The position numbers were made by a program, and so were the translations under genes. Below, in pieces: positions 54,430-63,082 of a stretch of DNA of 64,000 nucleotides (position 1 is the first letter of the stretch; each line of letters starts with the position of its first letter). The stretch is from Bacteroidales bacterium (GTDB lineage: Bacteria; Bacteroidota; Bacteroidia; Bacteroidales; TTA-H9), in assembly GCA_028689615.1 (NCBI GenBank), contig JAQVCV010000001.1, forward strand, positions 133,697 to 197,696, given 5' to 3'. The notes below the pieces were generated by a model. The model was not told where the DNA came from. It made no database searches and saw only the letters and a list, made by a program, of their open reading frames with translations.

Positions 54430-56208
54430 TTAATCGTCGGAGGAGTCTTTGAGGAGGCGGCGGTATTTTGAGAATACGTTGGCACGTGAAACGAATCCCA
54501 CGTATTTGCCATTTTTGATAACGGGGAGGTTGTAGTGGGCAGTTTTTTGGAATACCAGGGCCACGTCTTCCATCGAATCATCGGGCGATACGCTCACATC
54601 GGGCATAAACATCAATTCGCCCACGGTTAGTTTATCGTATTGTGAATGATCGAACAGGATGTGACGCACATCGTTCATAAACACCACCCCGAGGTAGGTG
54701 TTGTCGGCATCAATCACCGGGAAAATGTTTCGTTCCGAACGGGCAACCACCTGCACGAAATCACCAAGTTTCATATTGATTGTAACAGTGCTGAAGTTTG
54801 TTTCGAGCAGGTCGCTCACTTTCATGCGTTGTAGTATGGCTTTATCTTTATGATGGGTGATGAGTTCGCCGCGTTCGGCCAGCCGCTTGGTATAAATGGA
54901 GTAGGGTTCGTAGTAGTGAATGGTGAGGTAGCCGATGGTGCTGGTAATCATAAGGGGGGTGAGCAATTGATAACCGCCTGTGATTTCGGCTATAAGGAAG
55001 ATGGCTGTAAGCGGGGCATGCATCACACCGGCCATCATTCCTGCCATTCCAACCAGGGCGAAATTGGCTTCGGGCAAATCGAGGCCGATGGTTACGTTAA
55101 GAAGGCGGGCAGTAAAGAAACCGCAAACGCCACCCATGAAGAGGGTCGGGGCAAACACACCGCCAATACCTCCGGCAGCATTGGTAACAGCCATTGCAAC
55201 CACTTTCATCAGGAGAATCATGAGCAAAACACCCAGGAAAAACCACTCGTTGGAGGCCACCCCTCTAAAAACCGTCTGGTTGACAATGTCTTCGCCATGC
55301 CCTTTCATGAGCAGTTGCAAAGCCTCGTAACCTTCGCCAAAGAGAGAAGGGAAAAAGAAGATCATGATGCCAAGCATGATGCCCCCGCCGATGGCTTTCA
55401 TGGGCCAATTGGTGAAACGTTTGGCCCATTGCTCGATAAACATAGAGACGCGGGTAAAATAGAGGCTGAACAACCCGCACACGATTCCCAGCACGATGTA
55501 CCACGGGATGCGCAACAGCGTGAAGTGCTCGTGGATGTTGAAGGTGAAGATCACGCTGCTTCCCAGCAAAAAATAAGAGACAACCGATGCGGTAACAGCA
55601 CTGATAAGCAGCGGGATGATGGTAGCCACGGTAAGATCGAGCATCAACACCTCGATTGTGAAAACCAAACCCGCGATGGGGGCTTTGAAAATGCCGGCAA
55701 TGGCACCAGCAGCACCACATCCCACCATGAGGGTTACCGTTTTATAGTTCAGGCGAAACATCCGGGCAATGTTGCTGCCGATGGAGCTTCCGGTGAGAAC
55801 GATGGGGGCCTCGGCACCCACCGAGCCGCCAAAGGCAATGGTAAGGGTGCTGGCAATGATGGAGGTATAGGTGTTGTGAGGTCGCAGGCAACTGTTGTTT
55901 CGCGAAATGGAATAAAGGATACGGCTCACACCGTGGCTGATGTTGTCGCGCACCCAATACCTTACAAAGACAACGGTAAGGAGGATGCCAGCCAGGGGTG
56001 CAGCAAAGTAAAGGTAATTGCCCTGATCGAGATGGAAGCCGTCGGAAAGGAAATAGTGGGTGTAGTGAACCGTGTTTTTGAGTAAAACGGCGGCCAGACC
56101 GCTCAGAATACCAACCAAAAGACTCACTATGTAAATAAACTGCCGCTCGCTGATGTGGCGAACCCTCCAACGCAGGATCGAGGCAAAAAACTGGTGACTG
56201 TTCAACAT
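54430..56208 (-). CDS. ClC-type chloride channel/antiporter with C-terminal CBS pair
   Basis: Start reset to MLNSHQFFASILRW (ATG 56208); the 67 residues upstream in the track ORF are repeat-derived. GSVGAEAP and GIFKAPIAG-type ClC motifs. CBS-like C-terminus. Confidence 0.85.
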   Translation of the reverse strand: MLNSHQFFASILRWRVRHISERQFIYIVSLLVGILSGLAAVLLKNTVHYTHYFLSDGFHLDQGNYLYFAAPLAGILLTVVFVRYWVRDNISHGVSRILYSISRNNSCLRPHNTYTSIIASTLTIAFGGSVGAEAPIVLTGSSIGSNIARMFRLNYKTVTLMVGCGAAGAIAGIFKAPIAGLVFTIEVLMLDLTVATIIPLLISAVTASVVSYFLLGSSVIFTFNIHEHFTLLRIPWYIVLGIVCGLFSLYFTRVSMFIEQWAKRFTNWPMKAIGGGIMLGIMIFFFPSLFGEGYEALQLLMKGHGEDIVNQTVFRGVASNEWFFLGVLLMILLMKVVAMAVTNAAGGIGGVFAPTLFMGGVCGFFTARLLNVTIGLDLPEANFALVGMAGMMAGVMHAPLTAIFLIAEITGGYQLLTPLMITSTIGYLTIHYYEPYSIYTKRLAERGELITHHKDKAILQRMKVSDLLETNFSTVTINMKLGDFVQVVARSERNIFPVIDADNTYLGVVFMNDVRHILFDHSQYDKLTVGELMFMPDVSVSPDDSMEDVALVFQKTAHYNLPVIKNGKYVGFVSRANVFSKYRRLLKDSSDD

Positions 56209-56400
56209 GAGTGCAAAGATAGCGGGTTGGAGGATAAAAGCAAAAGAGAGGGGGGAGGGGGAGGGAGAAGAGGGGGAGAGGGGGAGAGAGGGGCGAGGGG
56301 CGAGAGGCGGAGAGGGGGACAAGGGGATAGACATCGGAAGAGGGGCGTCCCGGGTAGTGATGGGGAGGCGAGGAGAAGTGAAGGGGAAAAACACATGCAA
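56209..56400. repeat. G/A-rich (minus-strand C/T-rich) low-complexity tract with a reverse-oriented hairpin-core copy
   Basis: cgtcccgggtagtgatggggaggcgagg at 56346-56373 is the reverse complement of cctcgcctccccatcactacccgggacg. The adjacent gacatcggaag matches cttccgatgtc at about 913-923. Confidence 0.85.
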
Positions 56401-56423
56401 CCCAAACAAGAAGAGAATCTTAT

Positions 56424-56472
56424 GGATTGAAATAAAACTACACGATAGGTTAGGGTGTAGCTCGACTGAAAT
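56424..56472 (+). repeat. 49-nt hairpin repeat, copy A (upstream of cas6)
   Basis: GGATTGAAATAAAACTACACgataggttaggGTGTAGCTCGACTGAAAT. Stem CTACAC/GTGTAG. 38 of 49 aligned positions are identical to copy B. Confidence 0.7.
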
Positions 56473-56910
56473 GGCCGTCTGGGTTGAAACCTACGAAGGC
56501 AAACTTGTGGAAACCATTTTCGCGCCCAAATCCATTGGCAAAGTGGTGTTTAAGCATGATTTGATGCCAGGCGCCATCAATCGTCCTTCGGCTTTACTTT
56601 ATTGGGGCCACAATCGTGGCAAAAAAACAGTGCCGGAAACTTTTTGCCCGATGCCCAACATCCCTAACCCGATGCCGTGACCGGTGCAACACCCAAGGGC
56701 GGTTTTGAGTTGCGCTTCAACCTGTCCCACTGCCCTCTGGACAAATGCAAGGTGCTGGTGGAGATCAACCAGTCGTGGAACAGAAACGAACACTACACCG
56801 ATTTAAACACCCTCACAACGACGTTGCAGGTTGCCGAAAAAATCACGTTGATTGTGGGGATGCGACAGAATTGCTTACGGCATAGAGAACAAGCAAGGGT
56901 GTTTGCGTAA
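56471..56910 (+). pseudogene. DUF2271-like gene remnant (N-terminally truncated, frameshifted)
   Basis: MAVWVETYEGKLVETIFAPKS...LLYWGHNRGKK... stops at 56678-56680. The motif PDAVTGATPKGGFELRF continues in another frame (56668 onward). No signal peptide. Confidence 0.4.
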
Positions 56911-57007
56911 TGACGAATTTGCTTTCCAGAGAAGTGAATGTTGATTGTTTGGCAACAAACAGTTTGTATTCCCCAAAACCGTACTTTTACGATCTAAAAC
57001 CCAGATC

Positions 57008-57799
57008 ATGCGTTTTCGAATCACCCTTACGTTCAATCAATCCCAACCGGTTCTGTTTCCGGTTGACTACCGTTTTGCTCTTGCCGCTGCTGTTTACCGT
57101 GTGATGGAACAGGGCGACGCAACTTACAGCAAATGGCTTCACGACACAGGTTTTGCCGATGGCAACAAGAGGTTTAAATTCTTCACGCTCTCCCCTTTCC
57201 GGTTTCAGGAATCGGTGTATGAAGCGCGGCACAAGGCGCTGCGCATCCTGTCGCATGAAGCTCAGTTTACCTTTTCGACTTTGCAAATTCCGATGGGCGA
57301 AAAGTTTGTGCAAGGGCTTTTTGCCAACCAACGAATAACCCTTTCGCAACATGGCCACACTGTGCACATGGTGGTGAAAAGCGTGGAGCGACTTCCCGAT
57401 CCGGTGTTTACCGACCAGATGGTGTACAGGGCTGTTGTGCCCGTGGTTGTGTCGGTTCGCGATCGAGAGGTTCACCGCCACGAGCAGTTCCTTCCGCCGC
57501 TTGATGTACGGTATGAAGAATTGCTTCATCGCAACCTGCGGCAGAAACTCGCGGTGGCGATGCAAACCGAAGGGCAACCCCTGACCCTCGCGCCTGATGC
57601 CCCTTTCCGGTTCGTTGTTATCGGCGAAGCGCAAAAGCGTGCCTTTTCGGTAATCAGACCCGACGGCCAACGCCCGATTATCGTCATTGGATACACCTAC
57701 ACCTTTGAACTCGAAGCTCCCCTTGCGCTGCACGAAATAGGCTATTGGACAGGCTTCGGCGAACAAAACTCCTTTGCAGGGTATGTGGAGGTGGGGTGA
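57008..57799 (+). CDS. cas6: CRISPR-associated endoribonuclease Cas6
   Basis: MRFRITLTFNQSQPVLFPVDYRFALAAAVYRVM...YSKWLHDTGF...RFKFFTLSPF. C-terminal glycine-rich loop GFGEQNSFAGYVEV. Confidence 0.85.
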   Translation: MRFRITLTFNQSQPVLFPVDYRFALAAAVYRVMEQGDATYSKWLHDTGFADGNKRFKFFTLSPFRFQESVYEARHKALRILSHEAQFTFSTLQIPMGEKFVQGLFANQRITLSQHGHTVHMVVKSVERLPDPVFTDQMVYRAVVPVVVSVRDREVHRHEQFLPPLDVRYEELLHRNLRQKLAVAMQTEGQPLTLAPDAPFRFVVIGEAQKRAFSVIRPDGQRPIIVIGYTYTFELEAPLALHEIGYWTGFGEQNSFAGYVEVG

Positions 57800-58031
57800 T
57801 TGGGAACGGCAGTTGGCTGTTGGCCTTTGGCTGTTGGCGTATTTGCATGGTTGGGCTGAATTGGTTGGTTGATACAAGGAGGGAGCGAAGGGTGACGGAG
57901 TAGTTTTTCTAAACTGCTTATCAATTGCAAATCAAACTTATTAAATTTGCTGCTTAAAGATTGCATTGGACCTGACTGAAATAAGCTCCATGTCAATTTA
58001 ACTCGTTGCTGAAAGTGAAATGAATTAAGCC

Positions 58032-58547
58032 ATGACGATTACCGGAACCCACTTCAACTATTATTTGATTTGCCATCGAAAATTGTGGCTGTTTGCCAAT
58101 GGATTTCAGATGGAACACACCAGCGATCTGGTTTATGAAGGTTCGCTGATACATGAAACAACCTATACCCATCGGCCTGAGAAATTTAAAGAAATTGAGA
58201 TTAACGGGGTAAAAGTTGATTTTTATGATCCGAAAGAGCAGGTGATTCACGAGGTGAAGAAAAGCGACAGCCATGAGGAGGCTCACGAATGGCAATTGAA
58301 ATACTATATTTTCGTGTTGCAAAATGCCGGAATTGACTGCCGCTATGGCTTGCTGGAATATCCCCGGCTAAGGATAACCCGGGAAGTGGTGCTCAGCGAT
58401 CCCGATCGCCTGACCATTGAAGCCTACCGCCACCATATACAATCCATTGTAGGCAATGCCCAATGCCCCAAAACCATTGCCCGTACCAAATGCAAAAATT
58501 GCTCCTATTACGATTTTTGCTGGTCGGGTGAATCAGATTTGGAATAG
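58032..58547 (+). CDS. cas4: CRISPR-associated exonuclease Cas4
   Basis: 171 aa. GTHFNYYLICHRKLWL, EVKKS and a C-terminal Cys cluster CPKTIARTKCKNCSYYDFC. Confidence 0.85.
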   Translation: MTITGTHFNYYLICHRKLWLFANGFQMEHTSDLVYEGSLIHETTYTHRPEKFKEIEINGVKVDFYDPKEQVIHEVKKSDSHEEAHEWQLKYYIFVLQNAGIDCRYGLLEYPRLRITREVVLSDPDRLTIEAYRHHIQSIVGNAQCPKTIARTKCKNCSYYDFCWSGESDLE

Positions 58548-58615
58548 AAGCCAAGACACAAATACATTTGCATACAACCATTTCTCTAGAACTATTAATC
58601 AATCAGGAATAGCGT

Positions 58616-59620
58616 ATGAAAAAGACCTATTATTTGCTTAACCCGGGTCGTATGTCGCGAGTCGATAATACGTTGAAATTTACTCCGGTAAATGAACAAG
58701 GCGAAGAGGGTCCACCAAAGTTTCTCCCTGTCGAAAATACCGATCAGCTCTACGTTTTTGGAGCACTTGATGCCAATTCAGCCTTGTACAATTTTTTAGG
58801 AAAAAACGACATCACCGTCCATTTCTTCGACTATTATGAAAATTACACCGGAAGTTTCATCCCACGCGATTCGCTTATCTCGGGCAGGATGGTAGTAGAG
58901 CAGGTAAAGGCAGCGTTGGACAACGATCGCCGACTCACCATTGCCCGAAGGTTTATCGAGGGAGCTGCATTTAACATTCTTAAGAATCTTAAATATTATG
59001 ACAACAGAGGGAAAGACCTTCAGCCGATTATAAGAACCATTGCCAACCTGGCTGATACTGTTGGTGATGCCCCCGACATTGCTTCGCTTATGGGAACCGA
59101 AGGCAATATCAGGCAGTCTTATTACGATGCTTTTAACTTAATTCTTAATAGCTTTTCAATGAATGAGCGCAGCCGTCGCCCTCCCCGCGATGAAGTAAAT
59201 GCGCTGATCAGCTTTGGAAACATGGTTTGCTATTCTCAGTGTTTGAGAGCCATTCATCAAACCCAACTTCATCCCGCTGTTAGTTTTTTGCATGTTCCAG
59301 GCGACCGACGTTATTCGTTGGCATTAGACATCAGCGAAATTTTCAAGCCGGTGCTGGTTGACCGCGTAATCTTCAGGGTTATCAACAAGAAGGAGATAGG
59401 TCCTGCCGATTTTGAGCCCAAGCTGGGAGGACTGTTTTTGAAGCAATCGGGGAAGAAAACCTTTATGCAGGCATTCGAAGAGAGGCTCAACGAAACTTTC
59501 ATGCACCGCACCCTTAAGCGCAACGTGAGTTTCAAACAACTCATGCGGCTTGAATGCTACAAACTCATCAAGCACATTATGCAGATTGAAGAATACAAAC
59601 CTTTTAAGATGTATTGGTAA
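58616..59620 (+). CDS. cas1: CRISPR-associated integrase Cas1
   Basis: 334 aa. GNIRQSYYDAF, RSRRPPRDEVNALISFGN, LHPAVSFLHVPGDRRYSLALDISEIFKP. Confidence 0.9.
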   Translation: MKKTYYLLNPGRMSRVDNTLKFTPVNEQGEEGPPKFLPVENTDQLYVFGALDANSALYNFLGKNDITVHFFDYYENYTGSFIPRDSLISGRMVVEQVKAALDNDRRLTIARRFIEGAAFNILKNLKYYDNRGKDLQPIIRTIANLADTVGDAPDIASLMGTEGNIRQSYYDAFNLILNSFSMNERSRRPPRDEVNALISFGNMVCYSQCLRAIHQTQLHPAVSFLHVPGDRRYSLALDISEIFKPVLVDRVIFRVINKKEIGPADFEPKLGGLFLKQSGKKTFMQAFEERLNETFMHRTLKRNVSFKQLMRLECYKLIKHIMQIEEYKPFKMYW

Positions 59621-59637
59621 CATAAAAATGAAAAAAT

Positions 59638-59901
59638 ATGTATGTCGTTTTGGTGTACGATGTGGGAGAGAAACGGGTGGGTAAAATGTTGAAGTTGTGT
59701 CGTCAATACCTCAATTGGATTCAAAACTCTGTATTCGAAGGAAGCATTACTGAGGTGAAGCTTCAGGAATTGATTGTTAAAGCCAAAGGGGTAATGGATA
59801 CAACAACCGACAGTCTGATTGTTTTTAAAAGTCGTGAAGAGAAATGGCTCGAAAAAGAGATTGTGGGGGTGGATCGCAACCGGTTGGATGTGTTTTTGTG
59901 A
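59638..59901 (+). CDS. cas2: CRISPR-associated Cas2
   Basis: 87 aa. MYVVLVYDVGEKRVGKMLKLCRQYLNWIQNSVFEG. Confidence 0.9.
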   Translation: MYVVLVYDVGEKRVGKMLKLCRQYLNWIQNSVFEGSITEVKLQELIVKAKGVMDTTTDSLIVFKSREEKWLEKEIVGVDRNRLDVFL

Positions 59902-60114
59902 GGGAAATGGAGTATCGAATAAACAAGGGAACAGGGGTGAGGCAATGGGGTGACCCCGTGACAGGGTGAAGAGGTGACTTCGTGACGCGATGACAGGTGC
60001 AGAACCCCATAAACAAAACGAATTCAACGAACTCAACAAACAAGAAGGGTGTGACAAGGGGCGAGCTCAAGAAAACAAACAGACCAAGCAAACCTACTAT
60101 GAGAAATAGTCCAC

Positions 60115-60161
60115 GGATTGATAAAGCTACACTATATAATAAGGTGTAGCCCGATAGAAAT
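60115..60161 (+). repeat. 47-nt hairpin repeat, copy B (downstream of cas2, upstream of the effector genes)
   Basis: GGATTGATAAAGCTACACtatataataagGTGTAGCCCGATAGAAAT. Same stem as copy A. Sits at the visible switch to AT-rich sequence. Confidence 0.7.
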
Positions 60162-60299
60162 TAAGATCACAGTGAAACGACAAATAGTCTCATTATTAGG
60201 AATTAAAATACCTAAATAGAATCAACAATTCTAAGACGCACATTAACAAACACATATAGTTATGTTGAAGAAAAAAATTAAAAAATTGTGTTAAAACGC

Positions 60300-60312
60300 T
60301 TGACAATGTCAA
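60300..60312. promoter_or_regulatory. Perfect palindrome TTGACA a TGTCAA (operator-like)
   Basis: Read directly, about 230 nt upstream of the ATG at 60540. Function unknown. Confidence 0.3.
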
Positions 60313-60539
60313 AAGAGTAACTAACTTAGCCGCCGAAAAAAACATAAAAACCGATGTATCTACAGCGGATCAATCATAGGTTCCTCATCATTCCTCCGGC
60401 CTTTCAGCCAGATGCAGCGATCAGCATCCCGTTGCGCTTCAGCTAAGTTGCGGATGGTGTAGGTAAAGCATCATCCGGGAGAGAGGCGGCAATTAAGTAA
60501 GCAAAATTTTTATTTAAACACTATATTTCAGAACATTAC

Positions 60540-61970
60540 ATGAGTATTGAGTATAAAAAAGTTAGCATAGAATGGTTAACGCGACCAACAGGCGATCCTT
60601 TTGCTGATGCAGGTGGTTTTGTGATTGAATACCTTATGAAAGAGCATCCTCAAAAAGACATAATGGAACTTATAGAATATGTAACAAAAGACATATATAT
60701 AGGTGCTTGGAAAGGAAAATTGCACAGCTACTATCATGGTTCAAAGATTACCAATACATCTATAAAGACAGATGAAGAAAGAATTAATGGCACTTTAAAA
60801 CTGTTTCGAGGCATTCTGGATGAAAGCGAAAGTTCAGATTTTGGCTTCTGTCGGATAAGTGGTATCGAAACAAAACTTTATAGCCTTGGAAGAGAAAGTT
60901 TAATGCTTGCCGGTTCAGGAGGGTTTATTAACTTTCATCATAGTTTCGACGAAGGGCTGAAGATGTCAAAAGAAATAGCAATCAGGATGTTTTTTGTCCC
61001 ATTAGCTACAATCCTACTCCAGGGCAAAATTATGCTGCTACACGGAAGTAATGAAAAGGTGACGAAAATATTTGTGCAAAGAAATTGCAAAGCCAATGTT
61101 GATAGAATTGGAAAAATAACTGATGCGGAGGATATAGGAGCTTTAAAATCGGACTTTACTTTAATACCTAATGCACTCTTCGATTTTATCGATCATCTTG
61201 TGATAACTACACCAAATATATCGCAGGATATTTCGCTATCGTTGTATCATTGCTCAAACTTCATAACAAAATCTGAATTACAAATTTATAAGGTACCAGC
61301 GAAGGTGTTTAGATTCTATAGTACATGTTTACAACCCAGGTTTAAAGATGATTGGCTTTCATTTGTTCGTTCGCATTATTCCAATAAAATTCTCAAAAAT
61401 TTTCATTATAACTCGTTAACTGAGCAATTTGAATCCTCAGAGGTAAATACAAATGATGTTATTCGGAAAGATGAGTATAAGCATTTGAATAATACTATTT
61501 TATCAAAATTGCTTAATAATGAGAATATCAGAAAGAACTTTTTGTTCTGGATCAGAAAACATTCATTTAATTTCGATATAGTATCCATTTATCAACAAAA
61601 TATCATTGGTATGAAAAAAGAAACCATTATTAAAATCAAAGAGTTGGCTTCCTTCTTAGTAAGAGAAGAGAATGCCGACACTATCAAAAGAAGGATTAAA
61701 TCCTTAGATGGAATAAAAAATGCTTCAGGACTCAGAAGATTTATCCTTAAAGACATCATTTCAGCAAATTATACTGACGGAAATGAAAGCCCAATTATAA
61801 GTCTCGAAGAATATGTGAATTACTTATTCCCAGATGGATCTTACTGGGCAGAAATCAGAGACTTGCTTCTAATAGCAATCTATCAGGAACTACATGAAAG
61901 AGAACTAATAGATGACGAATTAAAAATCGAACTGACTGTTGAACAAGAAAATGAAAATAATTTTGATTAA
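60540..61970 (+). CDS. Type I large-subunit candidate (Cas8b/Cst1-like) by position
   Basis: 476-aa AT-rich ORF directly upstream of cas7-cas5-cas3. No motif recognised with confidence, so the call rests on synteny and size. Confidence 0.5.
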   Translation: MSIEYKKVSIEWLTRPTGDPFADAGGFVIEYLMKEHPQKDIMELIEYVTKDIYIGAWKGKLHSYYHGSKITNTSIKTDEERINGTLKLFRGILDESESSDFGFCRISGIETKLYSLGRESLMLAGSGGFINFHHSFDEGLKMSKEIAIRMFFVPLATILLQGKIMLLHGSNEKVTKIFVQRNCKANVDRIGKITDAEDIGALKSDFTLIPNALFDFIDHLVITTPNISQDISLSLYHCSNFITKSELQIYKVPAKVFRFYSTCLQPRFKDDWLSFVRSHYSNKILKNFHYNSLTEQFESSEVNTNDVIRKDEYKHLNNTILSKLLNNENIRKNFLFWIRKHSFNFDIVSIYQQNIIGMKKETIIKIKELASFLVREENADTIKRRIKSLDGIKNASGLRRFILKDIISANYTDGNESPIISLEEYVNYLFPDGSYWAEIRDLLLIAIYQELHERELIDDELKIELTVEQENENNFD

Positions 61971-61984
61971 TATTTTTAAGAACT

Positions 61985-63082
61985 ATGAAAAATTTAAAGA
62001 CACAGGGATTTATTTTAATTGATGTAGATGTTGTTGCCTTAAACAATGCCGGGAAAAACACTCAAAGTAACAACGACAATGCCATTGCCACCAAAACTAT
62101 CAGAAAAAATGGCAAAAGTTATGTATATGTTTCAGGACAAGCATGGCGCTTCTGGTGGAGAGAAGCATTACAAAAAAATTTGGGATGGACATTATCTCCA
62201 ATCATTCGAGAAGGCAAAATTGCATTTACAAATGCCGATCCGGTCAGTTATCCGGATGATGATGTATTCGGATACATGAGGGCGGCTAAAGATGCTGAAC
62301 TAAATGAAAATGGAGAGCCGGTAAAAGATAAACGAGGCAGTATTAAAATGACAAATGTGACGGTTACCAGGATCTCACCACTTAAAAACTCGGCCATAAT
62401 TTCAGCGGCAAGTGTTCGCCCTGAGCAAAATTGGTCAAGTATGGCCAGACAGGAGGGCGATGCTGTTCCGTATGAGAAACAAGAATATAGTGCGATAATG
62501 AAGGGGATGTTTAGTTTAGACCTTTCAATGATTGGAGCTTTCTCGAATTACAATCGTACAGGATTTAAGAATCTATCCATAGCTCTTCAAGAAAAAGCAA
62601 TAGCGGAAAATGCTATAAAAATTGATGATCCATTCGTAAAAGCCTCGAATGGAATGCCTCAAAAACTCATACAACTTCCGAAGCACATACGGGAAAAAAG
62701 AGCCGTAGATACGATTCTTGCTCTAAAGAATATTGCTGGTGGAGCTATGCAAACAAATAACATGGGAGATGTTACTCCAAAATTCATTATTCTTGCCACC
62801 ACGAATACCGGAAATCATCCATTTAGTCATATTGTGGGAAGCAAAGGGCAACGTGATGAAGAGGTTGTATTTAATTTTGAAGGACTTATCGAGGTGCTGA
62901 AGGATTACAAAGAATCATTTCAAGGAACTATATATATAGGCCGAAGAAGCGGATTTATGGATGAAATAGGAAACGATCTGGCCTCATTGAATGAGCTTGC
63001 AGATATACCTAAAGTGAAAGTTTTATCAGTTAATGAAGCTATAGATCAGTATTGTGAACAAATGAAATCACAGATAGAATAA
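61985..63082 (+). CDS. cas7: Cas7 backbone subunit (Cst2/DevR-like)
   Basis: 365 aa. VDVVALNNAGKNTQSNNDNAIATKTIRKNGKSYVYVSGQAWRFWWREAL. Confidence 0.8.
   Translation: MKNLKTQGFILIDVDVVALNNAGKNTQSNNDNAIATKTIRKNGKSYVYVSGQAWRFWWREALQKNLGWTLSPIIREGKIAFTNADPVSYPDDDVFGYMRAAKDAELNENGEPVKDKRGSIKMTNVTVTRISPLKNSAIISAASVRPEQNWSSMARQEGDAVPYEKQEYSAIMKGMFSLDLSMIGAFSNYNRTGFKNLSIALQEKAIAENAIKIDDPFVKASNGMPQKLIQLPKHIREKRAVDTILALKNIAGGAMQTNNMGDVTPKFIILATTNTGNHPFSHIVGSKGQRDEEVVFNFEGLIEVLKDYKESFQGTIYIGRRSGFMDEIGNDLASLNELADIPKVKVLSVNEAIDQYCEQMKSQIE

Noticed and set aside
54850-56085. 411-aa ORF antisense to the ClC gene
   Set aside because: It is opposite a well-supported channel gene and is Gly/His-rich, which is typical antisense composition.
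56209-56409. 67-residue N-terminal extension of the ClC ORF (MFGLHVFFPFTSPRLPITTRDAPLP...)
   Set aside because: The extension is encoded entirely by the low-complexity/hairpin-core element. A good start (MLNSHQFF) precedes the first ClC helix at 56208.
56987-57877. 296-aa ORF antisense to cas6
   Set aside because: The plus-strand product has clear Cas6 N- and C-terminal signatures. The antisense product has none.
59902-60539. Degenerate CRISPR array directly after cas2
   Set aside because: I found no repeat recurring at 55-75-bp periodicity. Only one hairpin unit (copy B) is present, and its sole partner is 3.6 kb upstream.
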